A stretch of 64,000 bases of DNA from Gnetum montanum (GCA_015680685.1 MNCI01002561.1:6087-70086); one strand, 5' to 3'; counted from the stretch's first letter, positions 1 to 12,549 are shown. The notes: generated from the letters alone by a model not told the origin. A program made the numbers and translations.

Positions 1-2189
1 CTCATAGCCACCATATTGGCACATGCCATGAGAACATGTGAATTCTAAATGAAACCAACAATTATGTTGTTTCATTAGACCATAATAGAGAATGCAATCA
101 TGGATAAGAGAAAAGGATTCAAGGGGAGTTGAAACACTAAGCGTTTTAGAAAATTTAAAAATATTTAGGTGAATTCTTCCCTTGTCATATTTGATTTTAT
201 CATAAGGAATGGATGAATTCCACTATTTTTATGTCTCTCCAACTTAGGCATTACACTAGCAAGTTTTCAAGAGTCCATGCTTAATTTGTTGGTTACAATT
301 ACTTGTCATTTTACCACTACATTGTTCTACTCCATTAAATGTCCTAAATGTAACAATAGTAAGTTACTTATGTTCATTTGCTATTGTCATTTATTTAAAT
401 TAAAATATGCATTTCTTATATATGTATTTACATTTCATCCATCATTTTTCATAAATTTTTTCTATTAGTGTTCCAACATTCAAGGCTCTTTAGGAGAGAA
501 AAAGTTTTTTAAAATTTAATGATAATATTTACAAGGAATGAAATCACATCTTTACTATGTATCAAAATGGAACTATAGAATGTTGTTGCATGATTTACTT
601 GATGAGAACTTCAAGTAGAATAATCTTAAGTATTTGATAACTAATATACTTGGTCAACTACAAGATCTCATGCAACATGAAACAAAGATTTGTGTTGATA
701 TTATACTCAATAGACAAATGGGTTTCAAGCATCTCAAGGAAAACGATGTGCTAAGAAAGTCAATCATTAATGGGATGATCACTCTGGAGAAGAAATATGA
801 TCAAATGAAATAATCATATTCATTAAAGCTTGTTCTTATTTAATTTTTCATAGGAAAGGATTTATTTATTGATCATTGTATAGTCCTTAATGTGGAAAAC
901 ATTTGCATTAGGTATTGAATCATAATTGTTTAACATCTTTTAGTAAAAGACTTGATGAGTTTTTTAATATATTAATTAATACTATCTTTTTCTTGCATAT
1001 ATGAAAAATTGATAATTACATGTTCCTAACTCTTCTTGGAAATGTTGAGGTCTCAAAAGTAGAACTAACTCTTAAGCCTTTGGTTCAATCTATATTGCAT
1101 CAACACCTAATGTTTCTTATTTTAGAAGAGACAATGGATTCAATAACCTAGCTAATTAAAGGTATCTTTTGCTATAGACAAAATCCTAAGTTCATGGACC
1201 TAACACTAGTCAAATACTAGAAAAAATTCTTGTTCATGGTGAAATTAGTTGCTTGCTACATAGTATATTTTAAAAATGTAAATTCCAAGGAATCTTTTTT
1301 ATTTTTCAAACATTTATTTGACTTTGTTGAAAGGACAAATGTGATGTTCTCTATGATACTAATTAATACAAAGAAAGAAAACTATCATTTATTTAGAAAT
1401 TTTGTTAAGGACTATAAAAATTTTGTATATAACAACATCTTATTTATGTAATATGAAAGTTATTACTATAAGAGGGAAAACATGTATGTTTTTCTTTACT
1501 ATGTAATATCCATCCTACGTCACCTGGCTAGGGTAGAGTGATGCCTAGGATTGCTAGTGATAACATAATGAAAGCATGATAAACTAAAAGCTAATAGTGC
1601 ATAAACTACTATACATACATACATAGATATATATAGAAATATTATGAAAGGTCAAACTATACAAAAATCCATGCTAAACGAAGGACAAAGCATACATTTG
1701 ATTTTATAAAATTACATGTCTTTACATAAACTACAAATTAGTATTCCTCTCATAGGATGCATAAACATAAACATTATCATATACCTAAGAGTACAATGAT
1801 GGACATATAATATAAATACTCCATAATACTATACAAGGAAATATACATCAACTAATCCCCAAAAGTTTCCCTCTCCTCTTCTATCTCTTGTAGTTCTCAC
1901 CTATATCCCTATAGGTTCCACATGTAACTAAATAAAATTAGTATAAAACTCAGTGAAAAGCCTTTACATTTCCCTTGATAAATGGTCAACAAGTTTTTCA
2001 CTCGAGGAGAGGAATGGGATACAAGGAAACTTTTACTAACTATTAGTCTTTCACATGCTCTAAGTAACACATGTACATATGATATCATGAATATCACTCA
2101 CATAATCATTACTAAAGTAAATAGATCACTATTAAATAGTAATAGAAATAATCATTGTCAAACATAATCAAATATACATCCATTACACT

Positions 2190-2796
2190 TGTGACATCCT
2201 ATCCTTGGATGTCATGGAAAATTTCAAAATATATGATACATTAGACATTATGCATACAAAGAAAATATACCAATGCAAAATATAAGTGATATTCAACATT
2301 ATGTATAAAGGAAATAATAGGAAAAATGTAGAAAAAAGAAAGAAAAAAATGCTTTATTGATACGGAAAAGTGAATCCAGGTCATGCTCTAAGAGTGTTCC
2401 TTGGGGTTTTTTTCCTTTGGCATCTATCCCCTAGAGGCAATCCATCATTGCCACCATGGTTAGGCCTATAACCTGGCCAGAAGGGATGGCCAGTCCACAT
2501 CCTATCCCACTTCACCTAGCTTCCTATGACTTACATATACCAACTCACCACCCCATGACTTGCCTGTACTAGTGTTGCCATTCCCCATGTTTGCATGACC
2601 TCCAACCTTGGGTATAAATTCCTTTGGTCAAATCCCCAAAGGTTACCTCAAGAAACACATTTGTTATTACAACATGCCCTTTCAGGTCTTAATCACAACT
2701 ACCCTTTCTAGTCTTGTTAATATAACAATAAAATTTGGTATGAAGAGAAACCATCTTCATTAGGCAACTACATCATTTTGGAATGGGGGTGTGACA
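2190..2796 (-). repeat. 3' LTR (607 bp) of CCR4 element copy 1
   Basis: TG...CA termini, adjacent PPT, reverse-complement homology to 42790-43361. Confidence 0.87.
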
Positions 2797-3204
2797 ATCT
2801 ACCTCCCTTAGGTTTCATTCGTTCTCAAATGAGTCCACATTCTTTATATTTTTCTAGCTCCAATGCTTTCTTTTATGATCCTGTGCTCTAGTAATTTGAT
2901 TTATCCTTTGAACTTGAAGTTATTTCTTTCTTATTCTGCAAATAAGATATATTTGAGAAGGATTATATGGAAAATTAATTATTACTATCTTGATACCTCA
3001 TTTTCCAAGATAATGATAAGAAGTGATTTAGAGATCTCTGAACTATCAATCACTAGTTCTAACCAGGGTCACACAATGTGCAACTTGTATATGGTTATCC
3101 AAGTGGAGGCAGGGAAAATTCTTTACTCCCAAATTTCATTTCCTTATATATTTTATTAATCTAATTGAAATATAAAATAGAAAATGAATAAAATAATAAA
3201 ATCA

Positions 3205-4472
3205 TCAAATAAAAGTAAGAGTGAGATACTTCTTGACCTTGATCAACCTTATGAACTGATGGAAGTAATTATAATTCTACCATAAGTGGTATGTGATCAG
3301 ATGATCTTGTTTGGGATGGCAAAGCTTGATCTTGATTCTTCTCAACTTGTTCTTTAGAAATCAACTCTAGTAACTTGGTAACTTGAAAGAATTGGGCATC
3401 ATACCAAATATAGTCTAAGGTCTCATTGAAGAATGTTGTTGATTCATCCTCATTAATCATTGCAGAGTAATTTGTAAATTGTGGTTCTTGATGAGTGCTA
3501 TCCATCAACATAATCTATTCTTGAATTCTAAAATATGATTGATCTACTAAAGATTCAAAGTAAGCAAAATATGCACTGACATATGGAATCACATGTTGAA
3601 TTGATGAAAACATCTTTTTCAAGTCAGGTTCATCTTCCAAGGATTTCTTTACAAATCCATATTTTAAGAATTGATAAATGCTACTTCCAACTTTTGAATT
3701 GAAGTATCCACAAAGAATAAATGGAACTAGATTAGTATAACTTAGGAATAACTTCTTCTTGAAACTTTCTTCTATTTTCTTAATCAAGCATGCTTCTTGA
3801 TAAATTCTAACATCTAGATATGTTGGTTTGGTAATTAAATATGTGTTAACCATGCATACACATCTTCCTAATAGATGAACTTTTAGAATCACTGCAAGGC
3901 TATGTGATTTTTATAAAATCTTAATTGTTCTTTCTTGTCCATCTCTTGAAGTTCTAGAATTTCAAAAATCATATTTTCTAAACTCCATTCAAATCTTTGT
4001 ACCAATTCAAATTTGGATTCTTTATAAAAGATCACACAACCATACATGTTGTAATTTCTACAATATGCTAATCTATACAACTCAAAATAACTTTCATAGA
4101 AACTTTTTGCTTATAAATACGACTGTCTCCCATATTTTCTAAATTTGGTTGGAATTGGTATAGAAATTCCCATGCTAAGACTTCTTGTAAGCTCAACATA
4201 TTTGCATCCAAATCTTGTAATTTTTCTAAAATTCATGGGTATCAATATTCATGTCAATCCAAGGCCCATGATGGACATAGAAAATATCATTTCTCACTTA
4301 CTAGGGATCTTGCAACATGTTGTATATTGCAACTTTCATTCTGATTCTTGGATTCTTGTCTAGATCATTTCTCTTCATGAATATCATACTACTTATTGAA
4401 ATAAGATTTTGTGTCTCCATGTTTTTTTGCCTTATGTTTTGATTGTAGGATGGATTAATATATCCTTTTCAT
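3205..4472 (-). pseudogene. Intronless CCR4/nocturnin-family EEP-domain deadenylase pseudogene (~420 codons)
   Basis: Ordered family motifs across broken frames: MKVAIYNML, LCPSWAL, DANMLSLQEV, YGCVIFYKESKF, NTYL, ILCGYFNS (GDFN), SAY, EPQFTNY, TLDYIWY, PSQTRSSDHIPLMVEL. Possible ATG at 4472; end position inferred from copy 2. Confidence 0.88.
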
Positions 4473-5162
4473 GATGGTTGAAGATTGTTCTATTTCTTAA
4501 ACTAATTCTCCAACTAATACATCAACTGATCTTTAACTAATTCATCAACTAATAATCAACTACATCAACTAAATAACTATATTATCTATTTTTATAATTA
4601 TATTATCTAATTTTAGTAATATTTAATGACATCATATAATAATATGTAACTATATTATCTAATTTTACTAATATAAAATTACATTACCTGATTTTTAGTA
4701 ATATTTAACTATATCATTTTTTATGACCTTTCTACCCCCCTCGAGAACACTAACTCTCGCAATGTAACTAATAAGATGCCATAGCAATATTAAGACTATC
4801 TATAAGGGTTATATACTAAATCCTAAAGTCTAAAATGTTGAATTTATAATATCATTGAATTATAGGGTGGCTAGATGATAAATCTGACCTCACCATTGAG
4901 TCTAAAAGGGTGAAAATGTTAGAAATGACTATTTCTATTTTGAAAATGGACATCATATGCTCACGTTGTGTGAAAATTAAACTTTTGAGGATCTCAAGGA
5001 ACCATATTAGGCAAGGATTAAAAAATAATTTTTGGGGTTCCTTCAGATGGATCTGACTCCACCATTAAGCTTAAAAGGTTGAAATCTATAGGAAACGACT
5101 CTTTGTTGACTGAAAATGGTTTCTGAAATAAAAAATTATGGCTTTTGGAGCCTAAGTACTTC

Positions 5163-5240
5163 GGTGTAAAAAAAAAAGACTTCCTCACAGGTCACCCATC
5201 CCAATTCTACTCTAAAGCAAGCACACTTAATTGTGGAAAT
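5163..5240 (-). pseudogene. 5S rRNA-derived fragment (3' ~75 nt containing Pol III box A, IE and box C)
   Basis: Minus strand ttccacaattaagtgtgcttgctttagagtagaattgggatgggtgacctgtgaggaagtc aligns without gaps to plant 5S CTCCGCAGTTAAGCGTGCTTGGGCGAGAGTAGTACTAGGATGGGTGACCTCCTGGGAAGTC (recalled consensus); box C GGATGGGTGACC is exact. Confidence 0.85.
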
Positions 5241-5439
5241 TTATCTTTGTTGCTACCACTATGCCAAAATCTAATTTTGAAAACTAGTTTTGCAAGTTCT
5301 TAATTTAAACTAATAGTTTAATGGCAAAAATTTGAATTTTTAATTAATTGATAGAAATTTCAAAATTTTCCATTAGTTGATGAATAATTGAAAATTTTCC
5401 ATCATATAATAAAGAATTTGATGGTTTTTAGCTACATTG

Positions 5440-5670
5440 GAGACATTTAGTGGTGGTGCTAGAGGTAGTGATGGGTGGCACAAGAGGCAATGATGGGTAG
5501 CACAGAAGGCAGTGATGGGTGGCACAAGAGGTAGTGATGGATGGCACTTGAAGCAATGATGGGTAGCATTGGAGGCAGTGATGGGTAGCATAGCAGGTAG
5601 TGATGGGCAACATAGGAGGTGGTGATGAGTGGTGCAAGAGATAGTGATGGAAGGTGCAGAAGGCAATGAT
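5440..5670. repeat. 22-bp minisatellite, ~10 degenerate copies
   Basis: Unit agaggtagtgatgggtggcaca recurs at 5461, 5483, 5505, 5527 and onward. Confidence 0.85.
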
Positions 5671-7352
5671 TGACAATGTTATAGGTAGAGATGGGTAGTG
5701 TGTGTGGTAGGTAATGAAAAATTTGGCAAGGGTTTCAATGGTAGGTGAGGGTTTGTGCAGGCATGGATGATGTAACACCAACCAAGGGTTTCATCACAGT
5801 GGTAAGTAGCGATGGTAGAGCAAGGCATGGCATGTGGCGTGCTATCACAAGGAGTGGATAGTGGCTATCAGAAGGCTAGGATGTGGCATGTAGCAGTGGC
5901 TTTTTTAGTAGGCCATGCAATTTTTGTGAGGGCCTGCATGGCTAGTGCAAGGGTCTACATGTCTTTTTTCAGGACTTTCATGGCTAGTGTAGCGGCTTGT
6001 AGTTGACAATGGAGTGGTTAGTAAGTGGCGGCAACCACAGAGGCAAGGATGACCCTGTTGTAGTAGCATGTGGATCCGTGGTTCAATGGTAGCATGTCTG
6101 ACTCTAGATCAAAAGGTTGCATGTTTGGAAATAGGGGTGGCATGGGTGGCAAGGCTAATGGTGGTAGCAGAGGCACATTGGCATGGGATTAGGCAAGTAG
6201 TGGCATGGTGGGTGGGTAGGGGGTCATGGGTGTGGGCTTTTTTTTTTTGTTTTTTAGGGCCCTTTGGCTTGGCCCAAGGTCCAACCCTCTAGAATCATAG
6301 CCTACTAGTGGCCTGGTTGTTGCTTGCTAGCAGCCTGGCCATGGCTGGTAGCAAACCTGGCCATGGTTGGCCATGGTTGGCTATTGTTGGTCATAGGCCT
6401 AGCTGCAGTCCAATATTTTTTTAATATTATATATATATATATATATAATTTTTTATTTTATTTTATTTTCTAAGTGTTTAAATAAAAATCTTGGGGGCTC
6501 AGGTTTGAACGTGAGACTTCCTGGTTTTTTTTTCTAAACTTTTTATTATCATTTTATTTCACCTTGCCTCACTGGTTGACTTGTTGTTTTGGCTTATGAC
6601 AAGGTAAGGGTTTGGTATGGGTAAAAAATAATTCTAGATTGATTCCTAACCCTAAAATTTTGACAATTTTTTTTTGAAATAATAATTTAATAATTTAATA
6701 TTATTTTAATGCATGCATAATGAAAAACTTCAAATGTCAATATCTCCCAAATTGTAAGTTTGATTGAGACAAAGTTTGTATCTTTGGAATCATCCCAACA
6801 AGAACTACATGTTGGACATAGTTTTAGGATTGAAAAACGAAGTTGAATTTTTTAAAATTAAAAGGAGAAAATTAGCCTATTTTGTTGAACTAAAATTTCT
6901 AGGCTGACATTTGGTAACTTGGAATCTTCTAGATTTCTTGGATAGTAAATTTCAACAAAACAAGATCAATTTATGTCATGGTTACTAACTTTATTAAAAT
7001 ATATTTAACAAAAACCCTAATCAATTAATAATTATAGTATTAAGATGGATAAGAGTTACCTGGATTGATGTATCATCATCTTACCAACATCTTTTGTAAT
7101 TGATGAATTTTGATGAGGTGTGATCAAATCTTCATCGATTAATGATATTCATGAGAGAAATTTTGTTGGTTGGTAGGATCTAGATGCCTAATTCATTGTT
7201 TGTGAAGTCAATGGAAATAGATATTCTGACTTGCATCATAAATATAAGGTACATCTAGTGATGATCAATGGCATTCGATGTGTTGTGGCTTCAAGGTTCA
7301 TCATTAAGTTCATGCTATAGTTTGGCCCATTGTTTTGAATGGTCCTTAGGTC

Positions 7353-7625
7353 NNNNNNNNNNNNNNNNNNNNNNNNNNNNNNNNNNNNNNNNNNNNNNNN
7401 NNNNNNNNNNNNNNNNNNNNNNNNNNNNNNNNNNNNNNNNNNNNNNNNNNNNNNNNNNNNNNNNNNNNNNNNNNNNNNNNNNNNNNNNNNNNNNNNNNNN
7501 NNNNNNNNNNNNNNNNNNNNNNNNNNNNNNNNNNNNNNNNNNNNNNNNNNNNNNNNNNNNNNNNNNNNNNNNNNNNNNNNNNNNNNNNNNNNNNNNNNNN
7601 NNNNNNNNNNNNNNNNNNNNNNNNN
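7353..7625. other. Assembly gap (273 N)
   Basis: N run; hides the PBS and most of the 5' LTR of copy 1. Confidence 1.
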
Positions 7626-7707
7626 TTGTTAAGATAACAATAACATTTGTTATGAAGAGACACCATCTTCATTAGGCAACCGCATCATTGGGAATGGGGA
7701 TGTGACA
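7626..7707 (-). repeat. Visible end of the 5' LTR of CCR4 element copy 1 (rest hidden in the assembly gap)
   Basis: Close match to 2714-2796. Confidence 0.85.
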
Positions 7708-9844
7708 ACACCACATCACATACATCTCCACTATCATTTTCATGCCATCATACCCACTCCATGTCATCAAAGAACACATGTACCACATAATCATAGGTCA
7801 ATCATAAATTATATTATTCATGCTATGACTCATAAACCGATACCATCATTTACAGCTTACCCATGTGGTCACTAGAATATCAACACTTCATGTACCATGT
7901 GAAACATTATCATGAGTACTTATGAATAATCATTTCCTATAGGTAGTTTATTAGTATTTTTTCTCCAACTAGTACTATGTTCTGTCAACCTGTGATCCAC
8001 AATTACTAACCTTCTAGAGGACTCACTATAGGGATGAACACACCTATGTCATGTACTAGCTATAGGGACGAACACACCTATGCTCTCTCACTCTCAGGAT
8101 GAGGCCCGAGATAGGATCCTCATTAATGCATCATAGTGTGGGTCAATTCAAAACTACCTCTAGGATGCCTCAGCACCAACTAGTCCATACCTTTATGGTA
8201 GCACCACTTGTCAAGGATTTCTACAAGTATCATTGAGAACACATGTACAACACTAGGCTAGCATAAGCCAACACATGTTGCAAGCACAACACATCAAAAA
8301 TAAACATAATATGACCACATATATCCACATCTGATAGTCAAATTTGTTTCATGAGAACAATACCACAACTTGGTAAAACAAAATATTGCACCACAACCAT
8401 AATTAAACTACATATTGTTCTGTAAAAATAACCACTATTACAACCTCTAAGATGATATATGTCAAAAGAAAAAAAAAATTCCATGATTATAACGTACAAC
8501 TCAAGTTAATCCCAATGACACTTATTTCAACTCAATTGGACCCCTAGAAGCAAAGTTATGTGTGTTTAAAGTTTAATTAAATGACATAATAAATAATAAT
8601 ATTTAGTTATAGTGAGTGATAATTAAAACTCCTAGAAACTCCTACACAATGATAGGTCCCTAAAATATAATACTCAAACCATACCAATCTTATTGACATC
8701 ATGTCTAATATTCCACAAGCGCACATCATATCATACATTGCATATTTATGATAAATAATTTGCACCCAAAATTATAAAATTTCAGGAAATCTACAAAACA
8801 ATACATTCAAACTCAATCCTTTAACTATCTACCCTACATGCCCATATCACATGATCATATACACTTATTTGATATAAAAATATTGAAAAAAAGGCAAGGA
8901 CAACCTACCAATTAAAATTGTTGTAATAGAAAGTCTGAAACACACATGAAATCTTTAAAAATCTGACAAAACTCCATTTCACTCCAAATAAGTTCTGCAT
9001 TCACTTAGATACAACTATAATAATCCCAAATCCAACTTTAGTAAAAATAAAAATCCATTCACAAAGCTTAAAATTCAAGAAAAGAGTAGAATTAAAAAAT
9101 GAAAGAAAACTAAAGAAACGATGAAGAAGAAGCTCCAATATGATTTCTTTTATACAAGAACATAAAAAAATGAAATCAACTGTTATGGATAAGAAAAAGA
9201 TGGTGGAATAATAAGAAAAATATGTTTTATTTTTAAACAAAAATTATTCTTGAAGCATATACTTTAAAATAAAAAGAAAGATTCCTTTCCCATGTGTATT
9301 TCATGTCACATGCAAAAAACTATTTTTATTTTTAATTTTAAAAAAAAAACTAAATATTTTTTAAGTATATTTCTTTTATTCCTCTTCAATTAATACCTTG
9401 TATTTCAAACATGTATAAAAAACACACTTGGACTTCAAATCAAAATTTGTTTGAACTTATGATATCCATATCAAATGCTCTTCACATGTACATGCTAAAA
9501 TTACATATAAGTTTCACACAATATAGGGCTATAATTTAAATGCATAAATAATGAAATCACACATAAAGCATAAGTACATATAAAATAGGTGCTCTTGTAT
9601 CCCAATGCAACGTCCTTGTGAACCACAACACCTATTTAACACATCACATAGGGCTAGTGTATATAATCATGTTAGTTAAGCATGTAAAGAAATCATAATC
9701 ATAAAATACAGACTAAAGCATCATAATCTATAAAGTGTGATCATAACAAACTAACTCATCCCTAATAATCCATCGAGACTAGTTATGTAATGTATAAATA
9801 ATAATCATACTTTCATGGCAAAGGTCTCTAGAAGGGATATAACA

Positions 9845-9860
9845 CTCTCCCCTACTTGAA
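9845..9860 (-). promoter_or_regulatory. Polypurine tract of the chromovirus element
   Basis: Minus strand reads ttcaagtaggggagag directly before the 3' LTR. Confidence 0.75.
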
Positions 9861-9869
9861 AATCTTCCT

Positions 9870-9976
9870 TTCGAAAGATATTTGGATGAGCTACATTGAT
9901 CTTAGTCTCCATCTTCTAAGTAGCCTCTAAAGCTTCATGTCTACTTTACCAAATCTTGATCATAGGTACAAGTTTC
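9870..9976 (-). pseudogene. Chromodomain-like integrase C-terminal remnant
   Basis: Minus-strand translation ~KLVPMIKIW*SRHEALEAT*KMETKI..AHPNIF resembles the chromovirus tail VKVLW..H..EEATWE.E......P.LF. Confidence 0.65.
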
Positions 9977-12549
9977 TATAGCACCTAAAACATTTGGTTT
10001 CTTGAAAACCAAAAATTCTAGGTTGAATAGTTTTAACCCTAGATCCCAAGGGCCTCCAAGAAACAAGATCCAAGGCACTTTTTATGGTCTTGTTGATCAC
10101 CTAGGGAAATAGGAAGTGTAAAAAAGGTAAATAATTTGAATAAAAATGCAAGTCTAAATGAAAATAAAGCATAGAAATTAATCTTAAAATAAACTTGCAC
10201 AATAAATGAATCATAAACTTTATTGAGAACAATAAAATTATTGCAAAAGTAGAGTTTAAATATGTATAAGTTTTATATGTGAAGGTAGTAGGAGTTTCTC
10301 AGATGAAGCTTGAAGCCTATTAAAGCTGGTAGATTTTACTTTGTAGTTAGCCTCATGATCCAGATACTTCCCAAATTTGCTTGCTAAAGTCCTTGGAGGT
10401 TTTTAGCTTAGATCTGTAGTGTTGGTAAATAAAGGGGGAAGGGGTGTTTGACTCTTGATGCTATGGAACTATAGTGAGAGTATCCAATTCCTAGGTAGTT
10501 TTCAATCACTACAAAAGTCTTACAAAATGCTACAGGCTTTTTGGTGCTCAAGGTTGCAAAAGGGTTGTGAAGTTTGCTTAATAGAAAGAATTTCCAACTA
10601 TGGAATTGATCCAAAGTGTTTGAGATTGGCATTTATAGTTCTCATGGTTGGTTTTTGGCTACAAATGTTTGCCATGATTACTGATAGATTGATTTGATTT
10701 GTAGGTGTGACAGGCCATGACTTCCAATGTAGCTTTCCATTTATGGAAATTTTTGATGCACCCAGGCCACCAAAACCATGCTGGATACCATAAATAGTAA
10801 ACATACTTTTCTAACTACATTGGCTTCACCCATCTACACTACCCTCATGGGGATTGTGATAGCATCTTGGGATCCATGCTAAATTAATGGAGTAACACTA
10901 GAATTGTTGGAGCAATGTTAGCCTTGTTGGAAGAAAGAAAATCCCAACAACTCCAACACTAGCTTCATGAAGTAAATAGAAATCCATCAACTCTAACACT
11001 AACCTTGTGACATCCACACTATCTTTTGTGATAACTACTCTAGGCTTTGTTGGGAAAATGAAAATCCAACACCATCAACATTGGGTGTAGGTGGTTTCAA
11101 CGTAGTTTTGGTTATGCCTCACAAAAAACCCATGAAAATGCCAAATTTGATAGTTCCCATGGCATTTTTAGCCTTCCCAAGCCAAAATATAGATATGATA
11201 TAAATTTTTCCACTTGGGAGGTGAAGCTATGATAACTTATGAGGTAGTTTTTAGCCATAAAAGGTTATGGTATGTGAGATTGTATCTCATGGGCTACAAA
11301 CCTTAAATTTTATAATGAAAATCTAGCCTCAAGTGTAGGGGTGAAGGTTACAATACCAAAGGGTTGAAACATGAATTTTCTTGGTGGTGTTTCATTGATT
11401 CCTCTTCATTGATGTTTGGAGGATTGACCTGAGAAACATCAACAAAGAATGTAAAAAACCACTACAAATCCTTCACCAATGGTTGCTCTCCATGCTTGAT
11501 TTAGTAGTTGTTGAATAATGTCAAAGAGTGCTTGTGATGATGGGACAAGTGTTATGCTGAGATGATATCGATTAAATTCTATATTTAATGATAAGAGAGT
11601 GGTCACAAGAGTTAATAATGAGTTCAAAATGTTGACATCATGGCTACAGTATGGTAGTGACACTTTGGCTAATCAATGTGGTTTTTGTGCTTTGTGCTTT
11701 GAAGTGTTGATCACTCAGTAGTACTTTTGAGGAACCAACACTTCACTCCAAGGTTTCTTTGATTATTAGGCTCCCCCCTTTTCTTGTTCAGAGCCTTTGG
11801 TTTATCTTTTGCTCTTCATTGATCTTTCAACTTCTTGGAAATATGCTTCCTCAATTTTTTAGGGTGAAACCTTCATTGGGTTTCATTCCCAAGAATGGAT
11901 TTGATTTAGTTTTCCTTTTGAATGAGATGTGTTACATTCAATGGACTTGATGGTGGAGCATGATGAAGGAAATGTCATATGATCACAATGCATGAGTGTC
12001 AAACATTGGACATTATTCATGTTCAAGGTAAGAAAGGTCTTGATTAGGTGATGAGATTAAGCTTAAGGAATGGTAATGAAGATGATGTAAAACAAGCACT
12101 CTTGGTATAGCAAGATAAGCATACCAACTCTTGTAGATTAATTTCACATGATAACTTGCCGTTGTGATGAGTTATACCTCCAAAATGACTTTTGGGCTTC
12201 ATCTTGCAAGCACAACTCTAAGACAACAAAAAAATAAGACAAAAAAAAACATATTGTTATAATACAATGAATAGGGCCATACATGATAACTAGTAGAACA
12301 AGCCACCATAGGTTACCATTGTTACAACATAGAAAGATCTACACAATGTGAATTAGATTTACAAAGCCTAAAGTTTATTCATTTTGCAAAATAGAGAGGA
12401 ATTAAGAGCGATAAGTGGAGATCATGCAAGCTCACTTATTATAAAGGCCATTATTGTCAATGATTCATTTTTTCCTACATAGATGATTATGTTAAATATA
12501 ATAAGGCTTTAGGTAGGAATGGTTGACCAGATTGGCCAATTCATTCCCA

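Larger units (their letters stand above)
2190..7707 (-). mobile_element. Non-autonomous LTR element, copy 1, carrying a CCR4-like deadenylase ORF and a 5S rRNA-derived segment
   Basis: Termini TGTGACATCC...GGATGTGACA; TSD ACACT/ACACC (2185-2189, 7708-7712). LTR 2190-2796, and 7626-7707 matches 2714-2796. PPT cctaagggaggtagat (minus strand) at 2797-2812. No gag/pol motifs seen in the sequenced part. Confidence 0.85.
1502..9844 (-). repeat. 3' LTR of the chromovirus element, interrupted at 2190-7712 by the CCR4-carrying element
   Basis: 1502-2189 aligns with 30690-~31385 and 7713-9844 aligns with ~31385-33542 (e.g. cacatacatc.ccactatcat, aaggtctctaga..ggat). Termini TGTAA...AACA. Confidence 0.9.

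Noticed and set aside
3269-4080. CCR4 fragments as exons of a functional host gene
   Set aside because: The fragments are contiguous and separated by stops or frameshifts rather than introns, and they lie inside LTRs with a TSD.
5163-5240. Functional 5S rRNA gene or canonical Cassandra TRIM
   Set aside because: The 5' ~40 nt of 5S is missing, and the segment lies in the internal region rather than in the LTRs.
5373-5781. His/Cys/Pro-rich ORFs
   Set aside because: They are translations of the 22-bp minisatellite.
7268-7675. ORFs spanning the N run
   Set aside because: Artefacts of the assembly gap.
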